NCBI RefSeq assembly: GCF_964355755.1
Contig: NC_092676.1
Location: forward strand, 17,006,871-17,070,870
Reading direction: 5' to 3'
Length of the DNA stretch: 64,000 nt
Source: Antedon mediterranea
Lineage: Eukaryota > Animalia > Echinodermata
In this document: piece by piece, positions 1 to 12,730 of the stretch
Numbering within the stretch: position 1 is the stretch's first letter
How the letters are laid out: each line of letters opens with the position of its first letter
Position numbers and translations under genes: made by a program
The notes under the pieces: model-generated
What the model was told of the DNA's origin: nothing
Seen by the model: the letters and a program-made list of their open reading frames with translations, nothing else
The model's database searches: none

Positions 1-2455
1 GTGGAATGCCATTAATCAACTTTTAGGTAGGAAGAAAAAATCCAAACTGCCATCAAACCTAAAACATGTGACAGAGACATACACTAACCCAGAAACAAAA
101 TCCGATGCATTCAATTCTTACTTTATTAATATTGGGAAACAATTAGCTGACAAAATTAACCATGATAACAACCCTGCCATTGATCCAACGTCATATTTGA
201 CTGGTAACTACCTTAATTCTATGTATTTCAGACCCACAACAGAATACGAAATAATGACATACATTAATAAATTAGAAACAGATAAAACACCAGGTCACGA
301 TGATATCAGTGCTCACTATATCAAGTACAATTCCGTCTACCTTACAAAACCTATTTCACACTTAATAAACGTTTCACTCGCCACTGGCCGATTCCCTGAT
401 GAACTAAAATGTGCCAAAACTATACCTGTTTTTAAAAGTGGCGATAGGCAAAACCTTAATAATTATCGACCCATATCAATCTTACCATGTCTTTCTAAAA
501 TATATGAAAGAGTTGTCTACGACCAAACCATTTCATACCTTAATAAATACAACATGATAAATCAATCTCAATATGGATTCCGACAAAAACATTCAACTGC
601 ACATGCTCTACTACACACACTAGAAAAAATAACATCAGCAATTGATAACAACTCATTCATTATAGGTGTTTTCCTAGATCTGTCGAAAGCTTTCGATACG
701 ATCGATCATAGAATTCTAATCAATAAAATGGAATGCTATGGCATACGTGGTATTGTGTTAGACTGGTTCAGGAGTTACCTAAACCACAGAACTCAGTATG
801 TTACTATTGAATCACACAAATCAATAAAAAGAGAAGTAAAAGTTGGTGTTCCACAGGGATCTATCATTGGCCCATTGCTATTTTTGTTATTTATAAATGA
901 CGTATTTTGTGTAAGCAAAGTTGTCAAACTTATCATATTCGCGGACGATACAAACATATTCCTCAAACATAATGACCCCATAGTTGCATGTAATATACTA
1001 AACTGCGAATTACAACGACTAACCACTTGGTTTAGAGCTAACAAACTCTCAATTAATACAAATAAAACTAAATATATAATCTTTAGAGGGCGCCAGAATT
1101 TAACCGACTTCACAGACATGCAACTATACGTAAATAACACCACACTCGAAGAGGTAACCCATATCAAATTCTTAGGAGTTACCTTAGACAAATTTTTGTC
1201 CTTCTGTACCCATATTGATGGCATTGCAAACAAAGTTTCAAAGATAATAGGAATTCTGAATAAATTAAAGTATTTTTTACCATATATGACTCTATTGCAA
1301 ATTTATAAATCTATAATCCTTCCCCATTTAACGTATGCAATAGTAGTATGGGGCTCCTTCGGACCAAGTAAATTAAACCGACTTCACATCCTCCAGAAAA
1401 AAGCACTACGAATTATATGCAAAGTCCACTATCAACATCCTTCCCAACCGCTATTTATACAAACCAACACATTAAATATATTCGATCTTTATGAAAAACA
1501 TATGGCAATACTACTCTTCCAATATTATAATAAACAGCTCCCAATTACGTTTGACACTTACTTTCAAACAATTGAATCAACACATAATTATGATACCAGG
1601 AATAAAAAAAACTATACCACTGTACTAAAAAGAACCAAAATAGGACAACAAAGTTTATGCTATAGGGGTGCCAAGACATGGAATAGCCTTGAAAACTCAG
1701 TAAGAGAAATCAAGAGTATAGGACTATTTAAAAAAACAATTCATACTAATCTCCTCAAAAAATATTCTAATACCTAAAATCACAACGTATTATGAACAAA
1801 ATATTTTTCATTATCGATTTCTTTTTTTCTTTTTTTTATGAATGATCTGTTCTGGTCATATTTTTGAAATTGTTATTACATGTATAATAATATATATATA
1901 TATTTTTTTTATTCAACTGTCATTTATGATTATTGCTTATTGTCTCTATTGTTTACATTTATATTTACTAATTGTTATTGTTTTTATTGTAATTTATTTA
2001 TTTATTTAATTTTTCGAATTTTTAATTCTTACATAGGACATCACATTTTAAAGCTTTGCTTATAGTGATGCCCGATTCAATCAATCAATATATAACTTTT
2101 GCTTAAAACCATGTTCAACTTTAGGCCGTTGCCAATATACAGTAATCTCCCTAAACAATGCTACTTTTAATACTTACAATATTATATGTTTTCATCTTTT
2201 CCATTGATTGTAAACCTCTAACTAAACTTTCCAGTATTTTATTATTCAACTTCTGTTTCCAATAATAGTCAATATAAACAATTAATTTTTATTTTTATCA
2301 TTACTGTAAATAATCATTGTATATATTTTATAATTTATATTTATATTGGTCTTGTTTTTTTTGTTTGTAAAAATCTACTGTAATATTATACCTTATTGTG
2401 GTTACCATTATAACAAATGTACGATTGATTGAATAAAGTTCACATATATATATTC
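1..2455 (+). mobile_element. 3' part of an L2/Crack-like LINE including its 3' UTR
   Basis: RT ORF, then an AT-rich 3' UTR ending in AATAAA (~2432) and a short (TA)n tail. The right boundary is approximate. Confidence 0.75.
2..1777 (+). CDS. Non-LTR retrotransposon ORF2 (reverse transcriptase, C-terminal part), CR1/L2 group, Crack/Daphne-like; 5' end lies outside the window
   Basis: The frame is open from base 2 (WNAINQLLGRKKK). RT motifs: NYRPISILP, QYGFR, FLDLSKAFDT, GVPQGSIIGPLLF, FADDT, KFLGV. C-terminal HNYDTR motif. Confidence 0.93.
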   Translation, partial: WNAINQLLGRKKKSKLPSNLKHVTETYTNPETKSDAFNSYFINIGKQLADKINHDNNPAIDPTSYLTGNYLNSMYFRPTTEYEIMTYINKLETDKTPGHDDISAHYIKYNSVYLTKPISHLINVSLATGRFPDELKCAKTIPVFKSGDRQNLNNYRPISILPCLSKIYERVVYDQTISYLNKYNMINQSQYGFRQKHSTAHALLHTLEKITSAIDNNSFIIGVFLDLSKAFDTIDHRILINKMECYGIRGIVLDWFRSYLNHRTQYVTIESHKSIKREVKVGVPQGSIIGPLLFLLFINDVFCVSKVVKLIIFADDTNIFLKHNDPIVACNILNCELQRLTTWFRANKLSINTNKTKYIIFRGRQNLTDFTDMQLYVNNTTLEEVTHIKFLGVTLDKFLSFCTHIDGIANKVSKIIGILNKLKYFLPYMTLLQIYKSIILPHLTYAIVVWGSFGPSKLNRLHILQKKALRIICKVHYQHPSQPLFIQTNTLNIFDLYEKHMAILLFQYYNKQLPITFDTYFQTIESTHNYDTRNKKNYTTVLKRTKIGQQSLCYRGAKTWNSLENSVREIKSIGLFKKTIHTNLLKKYSNT

Positions 2456-2586
2456 GAACAAATTCGTCTATTGGAAACATTGACAATACGTTTCCAAGGC
2501 ACAGTGACTACATCCACTCACTTTTACTGGAAAATGAGCCGGTCATCCAATATGGTTTAATAAATATTTCTTCCAGAACAGGGACA

Positions 2587-2965
2587 CTACTACTACTAAT
2601 AATAATGACTGTGACGATTATGAAGATGATAACGGCGGTAATGATAAGGATAATTATGATAACGATAATGACGATGATGATGATGATGATGACGACGGTG
2701 ATTATGATGATAATGATGATGATGATGACGATAAGGCCGATGATGTTGATGTTGATGATGATGATGGCAATGACGATGATGATGGTGATGATGATGACGA
2801 TGATTATGATGATGATGATTATGATGATGACGATGACAATGACGATGAAGATGATGATAACGATGATTAGGATGATGATGAAAACGACGACGATGATGAT
2901 GACGAAGGCGGTTATAATAATGATTATTATGGTGATAATGACGACGATGAAGATGATGATGATGT
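2587..2965. repeat. Degenerate (GAT/GAC/AAT)n trinucleotide microsatellite
   Basis: About 380 bp of gatgatgat/gacgat/aataat. This explains the poly-His and poly-Met ORFs in the ORF track. Confidence 0.95.
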
Positions 2966-4029
2966 TTCAAGGGTCGATTTTACTTTCACGACGCCTTTTA
3001 ATAGGACAAAATTTCATCCTAAATTTTAGTTGAGATTGTGAAGAATACAATTTTATTATTTAATTTAGAAATTTAATGAGCAATTCTTTATTGAAGAACT
3101 TATTTTTTATTAAATTAATTTCAACGTAAACTAATGACGATGATGATGATGTTTCTGTATAATCAATTTACCTTTATCAGCATTTTGCTTTATCACAATA
3201 ATTTTCTAAAATCAATTTATCACTGCTATGGGCAGAACGATGTAGAGGTATATATTTCCCGAATACATTTAATACAGACGTATGTGATCAGTAAAGTAAT
3301 ATATTCCGAAACACATACATGTCGATTTGAAAGAAGTAAGTTACTACACAGTTGTTGTTGTTGTTGTTGTGATAATTCATAATAATAGTTTGATTTTCTT
3401 GTCATAACTTTCATATAATTATACATCAAAAAGGTAAGAAGAAAATATTAAATAATATTTATCAGGATGTTCATAGACAGTAGTAAAAAAAAGAATGTTG
3501 TTTTTATCTTTGGTACCAGATATTACACACTAATTACGTATAATGTGTAAAAGAAGTTCTACTTAAAAGAAGTATTTATTTAAAGACGTGTTTCCTTAAG
3601 AAATCATTGTTATTGGTAACTGAGTAACGACATTATAAGTTCAGACAATTACGTAAATTCAAAATCACACATTTTTCCATTCGAGGTTTGGATGAAAATG
3701 TTCTTCAATGATCAAACGGGAAACTAAATATGCCTATACCAGTTGATACAGAAATTTATTTGTATACATTTTCATCAAGTAACACAATTGGTGAATATGA
3801 TTTAGTGCGACGTTCCGCAAACTATTGGCCGCGGGCCAAATTTTTAAGGGCCGCGGAGTGGCTTAAGAAATTGAAAAAAAAAACTATAGACCTAATTTAG
3901 CGTCGTAAGCGCTTTTTAACATGGCTTATTGTTGTTGAAAATGTGTGCGATTCGATCGAACTAATGTACTAATGTACTTCCTCTTTAATATCAAGTTATT
4001 TATCGAACCGTTAACAATTAATTCAACAA

Positions 4030-4290
4030 TGTCTTGCATGCTCTGTGGTGTTCCCCAAGGATCCATTCTTAGCCTTCTTTTTATTTTTGATTTACGTCAA
4101 TAATCACCCATTACTCCTCCAACATCTTAAACTTCATCCTCTTTGCCGATGATACCAACATCGTTTATTCTTATAGCAATACTAATTCATTATTTAACAT
4201 TCTCAATTGTAAACTTATTAGCGTCTGTAATTGATTTAAACTTAAAAATTATCTCAACGCATCTAAATCAAGTTTGTGTTTGGTAAAAAA
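4030..4290 (+). mobile_element. Decayed fragment of a CR1/L2-type RT
   Basis: tgtggtgttccccaaggatccattctt (CGVPQGSIL) and atcctctttgccgatgataccaac (ILFADDTN), broken by stops and frameshifts. Confidence 0.75.
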
Positions 4291-5719
4291 AAATTTTATC
4301 CGGAAATAAATGATATATGAATGACTGAATAAACTCTGACGACGCGACAATTGTGTCGTGTGTGTATTTTCGGTGGATCAGCGGAATTTGTACTCCCAAA
4401 AAATAAATTGCAATTGCCAGGTTGATATTCCTAAAAAAATGTCCTTATCTCAGCTCCAACCATGGTGGATGGGGCTGGAGCAGACTGGTATGTGTGGCTA
4501 AAGTTTAGATTGCCGCAATGATGTAAAATTCTGACATACAGTATTTCGTGTTCGTTATAAATGAAGGATCATTAGCACAAGATATACCTTTAAAAAACTA
4601 AATTACAATGCAATTTCCGAAGACCTGAGGTCCATATATTCATAAAATGTTCTTACCTCAGCCCCAACCAGGTGAGGTATGGTGTATTCTTATTAATTAT
4701 TTAAAATTACTGAATCTGTATTGGCTTGTTCTTCATAGCAACATTTTTAACGTTTTATTTTACATTTTACTAGTATATAGTGTAGGTGTTTCTTTCACAT
4801 TGCCTCAACTGGTATATGTTAACGTATTAAGTCTACTTTTATCTTATAGGAAAATATGAAGTTCCAATGTATATTGTTGGTTGTGTTAATGGTCAACTTT
4901 ATTAACGTTGGCCATTGTAATTTGTGTCGTATTCAAGATACAGAAGCGACTTCTTCTCTGCAGTCATGCGGAAAATTTGTCAAAAAGTACGTCAATTATA
5001 ATAAAATTAAAAAACAGAAGACGGTTTTTCGTTTCAATAAGGAACACCTAGGCCTAATAGTGCACTATGGATTTGAAAATAATTTAAATGATACGTCCGG
5101 AAATAATATACATCTCAGAAATGCTAGTTTAAGTATAAGTGGCCATGAAGGCACTACCTCCTACTCAAAAGGAGTTGTTGGAAATGCACTCCGATTTGAT
5201 GGCGAGAGCGTAGTCTACACAGCAATGAGTTTGCCATGCGATTTCCTAATAAATTTCACTATTGGTTTATGGTTTAAAAGATGAAAATTCAGTGCAAAGC
5301 AGAGATAGTATCATTATTTCGTATATTAACGCTAGCAATTATCTGCAGATACGTGTCACAAATAATAATTTGGTTATCAGCACTCTCCAAAATTATGCAG
5401 CAGTTAAACAGGGGTGGCGCCAAGATCTTCCCGACGCGGGGGCTACATTCCCCGACGAGGGGGCTATGCGAGCATCACTAGGCTGGAGGCCAGGGGGCCG
5501 CCAAGGGCCCCCGGCGAGGCCCCTGGTTGCTTCCGGCGAAGCCCCCGGAAGCAACGCGTTCTAGCGTCATTTGAGGTCTTTTTAATCAGATTTAGGGTAG
5601 CCATTTTTCCATTTTTTATAATGCATAAATAAAATACTGCGTGCAAAAAAACGATGCGCGATGACTGTTTCAATCCATATTTTTCAATTTAAAAAATAAA
5701 AGTTCAAAGAAAATTTAGA

Positions 5720-5970
5720 AAAATAGAGTTGGAGGTCCCGGAAATTGGACTTATTATACTTCAAAACATGAAACAAAATATATAAGTCCATATCATGGTT
5801 GTGACTGAGCTAAGAAATGTTTGAAAAATAGAGATGTTAGGATCCCGGAAAATGTACTTCTTGTTCTTCGAAATATGACCAGCTTTATTGTTGGGGCTGA
5901 GCTAAGAAAATGTTTAAAACTAGAGCTGCAGGCCTTCAAAAAATTGCATTTTATATTTTGGAAACATCAG
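5720..5970. repeat. Three diverged ~100-bp tandem subrepeats inside the outer transposon
   Basis: Units of the form aaaa(c)tagag...ggaaa...aaacat start at ~5721, ~5825 and ~5917. Related sequence occurs inverted at ~4430-4670. Confidence 0.55.
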
Positions 5971-7317
5971 GCCTAGAGGCTTAAAAAACGCAAGCGTAGA
6001 CCTTTTTCAGTCGGGGAAATAACTTTCCCAGGTGTATGCGTGCGTACCATCTGGACTTCCGAGTGGTGAGAAATTCATGACATACAGGATATTGAAAATG
6101 TAATAACTTACAGTAGCTATAATAAGATGTTGGCTAAGCGAAAATGGCATGTTTTTTTGTTTAGTAATGGATGAAAAATTTATTTTAGGTGCCCCACGGT
6201 ACAGAAGGTTACTTGTAAATTAAAAAATTGGTGAACATACGAACAATTAACATAATTCGTTTTTGCTGTAGTGTAGCGTACGTCGACGCAGTACACGACG
6301 TAACCGTCGGTAAACTTCGCCTGGAAAATAACTACAGTACACATTTTGGTCCCTGGATGGAACATTATATCACGCGTCTCGACCCAACGTTGAACGATTC
6401 GTACAAAGGGATACCGCCAGACAAGTGCGTACCTAGCTATTGTTTAGTTGTAAGTTAGATCGCTGGCAATAATGAATGCATATAAAGTGCATAATATCAC
6501 TCTGACGTACTCTCACGGTCAATGAAACGTCGCGGTTTTCTAGGCGCTGAAGCTAGCTACGAAGTGAACGCGAACGCTTTTTACTGTATATTATATTATA
6601 TTCCCCGACAAAAAGTACCCGTGTTTCCTTCGGTAACCGTCGGTAAACTTCGCCTGGAAAATAACTACATTACACATTTTGGTCCCTGGATGAAACTTGA
6701 TATTGTCGTGGTACGTGAGACCATGCCCGGATTAATTTGGAAGTTTTCTCCCCGGGTATCAAGCGTGCGAGGCTTGGCTCAAATGAATGCAATATCAAGA
6801 CCAACAGAAAGACAACAAATTGTTGATTGCCGTTACCATACCATTTATTGTGTACAAATCAACGTCACTCAGAAAATAAAGAGAACGAAGAAAGGAAAAC
6901 CCTGCAAATATACAAACAAGCGTTACATAATTTCAATAACAGTCAGTTTATAACTTCACTTTACCACTGTATTACCACTGTACTTAAACAAACACACTGT
7001 GTACAAACTGGTTATCATTAAGAACAATACAATCAATTAAACGTCATTACAAATGATTAATACCTGAATCAACTTGAATGATGTATTTACTAACTAAGAA
7101 CGAAAGATCGTACAGCAATCAACCATTTCTCTATAAATTGAAGTAAAGATTTGAGAACATTATTTGCTTTATTTAAGTTGTATGCATGCAATTTAGTATA
7201 ATAAATTAACAGGCAATGATCCGTCTATCATGTAATATAATTCTTTTTACTACTTACAAATGGTAACTTCAACAACGGCTTAATAATATATATATACAAC
7301 ACGGTAACAAAAATCAC

Positions 7318-8408
7318 GGGTGTCACGAAACCCAAGACCACGAAAGCTAAGACCCCTAAGACCTAAGATCACGAAAGCTAAGACCCAAGACCTAAGATTA
7401 CAAATTCTAAAATATACTACAGCTTAAAAACAATACTTGTTTATCCATACATAATTTTAAACACAGTAGGTTTCATTTATTACCATAAATATAATTAAAT
7501 ACTACCGCAAAACATAGATAAACTCACATTATTTTCGCCCGTTGAGTAAATGTATAGTTTTTCTTTACAACAAACAAACTTGACGGGTTGTTTGTTGGTA
7601 TATATTTACTCCATTGTGTTGGTTCAGAGAATGTTTTTCTTACGCACCTGCCTTTCTTGTATTTTGACTCCAAATTTGTTGACTAACTTTATCCTGAATA
7701 CCACACTTTAAAATTAGGATTTATAAGTACTTTCAGAAGGAGAAACACATAAAAACAAATAAATAAATCCTTTAAATTGATGATTTTTAACAGACATGTT
7801 TCTTTGTATACTCATAGAGATAACTCCTCGAGCTCCCCCCATGCTCAATGTTTTTGTTTCTATGAAGCGCCAAAAGAGCAACATATAGTACAAGTATAAA
7901 AACAGAAAGAAAACGAAACAAAAAAACTTATTATCATGATTTTTAAATTAAAATTTATTTGCCAGTATTTCTTTCTTCGTACTTGCATGATATACTATTA
8001 TTATTACAATTGTAATTTTACATTGTTCCATCCACACTGTAGATGGACTCCACAGAGTTTTCAGCCCTCTATATAATTTTTGCTCTTTTGACGTTCCATA
8101 GAAACAAAAACATTGAACAGAAGGATAGGCCTACTGTACTCTGTAGGCTAGTCATGCGAAATTCGCAAACAGTTTGTGTGCGAGAAAAACGTCTGTAAAA
8201 TCATCAATTTAAAATTGTATTCGTTACTTTTTATGTGATTCTTTTTCATAAAAGTGCCAATTCTAAGGTGTGGTATTCAGAATAAATGTTGGGAGTTAAA
8301 ATACAAGGCAGGTGCGAAAGATAAATATTTGTAATCTTAGGTCTTAGCTTTCGTGATCTTAGGTCTTAGGGGGTCTTAGCTTTCGTGGTCTTAGCTTTCG
8401 TGACACCC
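7318..8408. mobile_element. MULE/foldback-like non-autonomous element inserted in the 3' LTR
   Basis: TIR GGGTGTCACGAAA with subterminal tandem cacgaaagctaagacc/cctaagac repeats. 10-bp TSD CAAAAATCAC (7308-7317 and 8409-8418). Long internal inverted homology (~7630-7880 vs ~8080-8320). The empty site is visible in the other LTR near 13183. Confidence 0.88.
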
Positions 8409-9470
8409 CAAAAATCACATCTTCCTGTGTTTGCAACAAAAGCTTTTCTGACGCGCAGACAGAAAAACCAGGTAGTTAACCAAAACATCACCTATATGCA
8501 AATGCGCCAAACACAATGCTCGCAAAACAACTAGCAGCAAGACACTTATATGCAAATACGCAGAACGCACACGAACAACAACTGATCCATGACATGTTCC
8601 CCGCTTAAAATCATTTTGTCCCCAAAAGGAGAACCTATAAAAGAGAAGAAACATAACAAATACAAAAAAATATAGATTCACTACACCTTCCCCGCTTGAG
8701 ATCCTTTTGTCCCCAAAAGGAGAAACAAACGAAAATAGACAAGAGGAGAAGTTAACCAGCAAATGTAACAAGGCACATAACACCAGGTATTGTTCCAAAA
8801 CAGATTTAGGTAAACGAAAAGGGTTACTATGAGTTCCTCGGGTACTACGAGTAGACCTTCTAAGAGGAACTATTGGCTCACTATCGCTCAATACTGGAGG
8901 CAGGTCACAACTAACAATAACACCGGGTATATCATCATCCGATTCAGAACTAAAACCACTCTCAGACCCTTCACCATATATATCCAGTCCAGAGAAACCA
9001 CACCATGTTGCAAAACATCGTCCAAATCACAATCAAACTTTTCCACACGAAGATTCAAACCATTCAACATTATCCCAGGAGGTAAATCCAAAGCAATATC
9101 TGGTTCAGAGTTGATACTTCTATCTGCTCCAACATCCGACGATTCCCTGTTCAAAGTAGTAAAAGAGTCACAGTTAGCATGAGAACCAACATTTACATTA
9201 GGTTTAATAGATTCATTTAAAGATTGGAAAGGAACAACTATATTTATGTGTTTTAATGAGACAAGAACGTTGGACTCGTCTTCATCGATTCTCAACATTC
9301 CTTCAGATCTACTTATTTCGGGCGCAGAAGGATGCTCATCTACCAGTTGTCTCAACTCATGTAGACCACTGAAACCATGCAACTGGCGTAAAATATTACA
9401 TCCAATAAGAATCGGATAATTTACTTGCTTATTCTTAACGGCGATGTCGGAGACAACCAGGAAACTACCC

Positions 9471-10904
9471 TTAATTAAGTTGCTGATCAGCAATCACAAC
9501 GGGAATTTCAATGTACCCTTCTATGGGTACCTCAACCCCACAGACCCCAATAACATTCATGAACAACCCACCAACACTACCCAGTTCACCACATTCAGGC
9601 TTTAGTATGTTATGGTATATGGATGATGGAATAATTGATGCCTCAGCTCCGGTGTCTAAAATACAACCAAGTTCAGCGGAACCAACGCTCATAGTAGTAC
9701 AAGGACTTCTAGCAACTAATTTCTCGAATAACACGGTATTTTGAACATGTGAATTAGGTATAGCATTAGAAATATTTGTATCTGCACTTGCAACAGGGGC
9801 ACGGACGTCGTGACATATCTGTGTATCCTTACTCTGGATACCTGATGACGATTGCGGAACAACACTCTGTTGAGAAGGATTAATAGATGAGTTATAATTG
9901 ACATTTTGGTTTCTACTATACTTATTTGGACAAGCATACGCAAAATGACCTGGATTTTTACAAGTCCAACACAAACCAGGAGGGACACTACATTGGTTTC
10001 TACTATGACCTTCGTTACCACAATTGAACCATCTACGAGAAATATTAGAACGAACATCTGAACGGAATTCAGGACGTTGAGATTGCAATAATGCACCGAA
10101 TTTGTTATCAATGGTCTCATTGATTTGCTGCTTAAGAAAAGATTGCAATTCTTGTTTCATCTCAGTCAGACCGTAATCTACACACTCTACCCCGTGAATT
10201 TTTGGTTTAGTATTTACTCGTTCCCCTTTAAACAATTCTACAACCTCCTCCCTCATTCCAAGAAAGGTCTTCCCTCTGAACGCCAACTCAATTCGCTTTA
10301 ATTCTCTTTTAACCCCATGGTCTCTGACCCCTTCTACTAATCTCTGCTTCAAAGTAGTATCCTGGAGGTGTTTTAAGGCTGCCTGCTCACTCCTATCTGA
10401 TGCCTCAACCAACTGTGTGTATAGTTTGAGTAACTCTAGACTATAATCAGCTATTGATTCTCCCTCTAACTGACGCCTAGAATAAAAAAAACTATATCCT
10501 GAAACAGTTTCTTCTGGACCAAACATAAATTGTAATATACCAATAGCACGCTTAGCATCTTTACCGTTACCGGACACCATCATCTGACACCGGACTTCAT
10601 CCTTTGCCTTGCCACCAAGATGACTTATCAAAGTATCATATTTTTTCCAATATGTTAAAGAATAATGGTCACAATAAGCTTCGAAATCAATAAGCCTTAA
10701 AGAACTCTGCCCAGGAAGTTTAGGTGTACCAAAAAACTTGGATAATTTAACAGGTGGAGGAGATTTTTGAGTGGACAAACCCTTGAAAGCATTGGTAAGA
10801 GCGGATATCATTTCACTAACATCAGTTGTCTTCGCAGCACTACCACCCCCTTGCGCAGTCTGTTTTTTAGGCGGGGCCGCGCTTTGACCACCACCAGTCG
10901 CCAT
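9471..10904 (-). CDS. Gypsy Gag (PNMA/Ma-like capsid, two zinc knuckles) plus the N-terminal part of the aspartic protease
   Basis: Knuckles WFNCGNEGHSRNQC (first Cys lost) and CWTCKNPGHFAYAC. Protease ILDTGAEAS. A frameshift near 9478 continues into PILIGCNIL in ORF 8888-9493. Confidence 0.88.
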   Translation of the reverse strand: MATGGGQSAAPPKKQTAQGGGSAAKTTDVSEMISALTNAFKGLSTQKSPPPVKLSKFFGTPKLPGQSSLRLIDFEAYCDHYSLTYWKKYDTLISHLGGKAKDEVRCQMMVSGNGKDAKRAIGILQFMFGPEETVSGYSFFYSRRQLEGESIADYSLELLKLYTQLVEASDRSEQAALKHLQDTTLKQRLVEGVRDHGVKRELKRIELAFRGKTFLGMREEVVELFKGERVNTKPKIHGVECVDYGLTEMKQELQSFLKQQINETIDNKFGALLQSQRPEFRSDVRSNISRRWFNCGNEGHSRNQCSVPPGLCWTCKNPGHFAYACPNKYSRNQNVNYNSSINPSQQSVVPQSSSGIQSKDTQICHDVRAPVASADTNISNAIPNSHVQNTVLFEKLVARSPCTTMSVGSAELGCILDTGAEASIIPSSIYHNILKPECGELGSVGGLFMNVIGVCGVEVPIEGYIEIPVVIADQQLN

Positions 10905-11650
10905 AACGAGAAAATGTGACTTTCACTAATGAATTATTTACGAAGGTAGCATATAATATATTGGATATCAATATTTCTCTATGGATTTTAAACAGCATAT
11001 AACAATCTCACTAACGTTCTGTAATTATAATTACAATAGTAAAGTAGCATATATCAACATTTAATTATCGCAATGTGGTTTAAACAGACTATCGTTTAAC
11101 AATATTATTACACGTTATTTATAACACAAGTTCACCATAACATCACTAGGCAAATCCTCTAAATAATCGGCTACTGCATTCAAAGTACAATACCACTTAC
11201 GTTATATCAATGTAAATTATTATTATAAATCAATAATTGCGTAAATACAATACATCAATCTACAGTGATCAATAAATCCAATACAGTATATAGAAATCTA
11301 TATAATTAACATAAAGAAAATACATCAATTAATGATAGTTCAATATGTATACATCTTATCTGTATCTCGGATTCACCGACAGTTGATCCAGGGCTTTCCA
11401 ATCACTGGTCACTCCAAAGAATATACTCGCTAATCACCATCATCTGCCGCTAAACGTCATTCTTGAATTGCGATCCTGTCCGTGACGCCAATTTGTCGTG
11501 GTACGTGAGACCATGCCCGGATTAATTTGGAAGTTTTCTTCCCGGGTATCAAGCGTGCGAGGATTGGCTCAAATGAATGCAATATCAAGACCAACAGAAA
11601 GACAACAAATTGTTGATTGCCGTTACCATACCATTTATTGTGTACAAATC

Positions 11651-12730
11651 CAGGCCCGTAGCCAGGGGGGGTTTTTATGGTTCGGGCGAACCCCCTTTAC
11701 AGCGAACCCCCTTAACCGACTTCGAACCCCCATCCCCGACATGCCCAATACCTCACTCTCATCTCCGAAAATCGTCCAAATACGTGCCCCACAGTACAAA
11801 AAGTTGTTCGTAAATTAAAAAATTCGTAAACTCGTTCGGAATAACTCATACAGTACCTTCTTCCCTGTATGAGCGTACTTCGAGCGATATAGTCTGTAAA
11901 TTTCTAAGAGTTGCAAATGAATTGCCGATTTTAACCTGAAAAATAAATGTTTGGACCCTGCATTCAACATGATATTGACGCGTCTCACAGCGAGCTGGGG
12001 GACGAACGATTCGTACAAAGGAAAGGACACCGTCAGACAACTGCGTACCAATTGTTTAGATCACTGGCAGTCAGGCAGCATGCATAAAGTATATAGCCTT
12101 CCGACATACATCAGTATTTATGTGTGGCTATGAAGTATAATGTATCATAGAGGATTATAGTGAATATTAATATTTTACACTATAATATCTATGGTATCAT
12201 GTACTGTAGTTCACATTATGGCATCCGATTATTTTTTTCTAGACCACCAGCCGATACGTACTCAAATGTATCAATATCACCTATTTACATTGGCATATTT
12301 AATTTCCTCAACAAATTGCTGTAAATAAATATTATAGATAGAGCTATAATAAGAATTGCATTTGCCTTCACCCAGTGTGCTTTTTTCGGGGCTTCTCCTA
12401 GACGTACGTTCGCATTGAACTTGAACGCAAAACAAAATATCGAGTAAATGATCAAACAATCGGCGGTTCCGCGCAGAGCACGCGCATCTAACATACGGCA
12501 ACAAATGTTATCGTTTAAATAGTCCACGAGTCCAAGTACGATCGTTTTGCTCACTGGTAGAATGCTGCATGAGAGTGTCTTTTCCGGCCATCTAGGGGTG
12601 TCATTTAACAAAATTTGCTTCGCCTCAGGCCCCACCCCAGGGTGGGGGGGGGGGGGGTAGGTATGGGGGTGGGGTGACCCAAATACTTAGTGTGCGAACC
12701 CCACCTTGACAGATCCTGGCTACGGCCCTG
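11651..12730. mobile_element. Non-autonomous TIR element with a 5-bp TSD (hAT5-like) inserted in the 5' LTR
   Basis: TIRs CAGGCCCGTAGCCAGG and CCTGGCTACGGCCCTG (15/16). TSD AAATC (11646-11650 and 12731-12735). The empty site is at 6856 in the other LTR. Confidence 0.88.

Noticed and set aside
793-1233. Antisense ORFs over retroelement and H6PD coding regions (also 18143-19756, 53544-54674, 56982-60590)
   Set aside because: These are shadow ORFs of real coding sequence with no independent features.
2596-3033. His-rich and Met-rich ORFs
   Set aside because: They are translations of a (GAT)n microsatellite, with no splice or domain support.
7318-7400. CRISPR-like appearance of short repeated units (also 38556-38930 and 45013-45129)
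   Set aside because: There are no unique spacers or cas genes and the context is eukaryotic. These are subterminal transposon repeats and minisatellites.
9465-9495. Possible programmed frameshift (CTT AAT TAA) in the gag-pro element
   Set aside because: It falls inside the protease, between the DTG and LIG motifs, rather than at the gag/pro boundary, and the element has other lesions. Decay is more likely.
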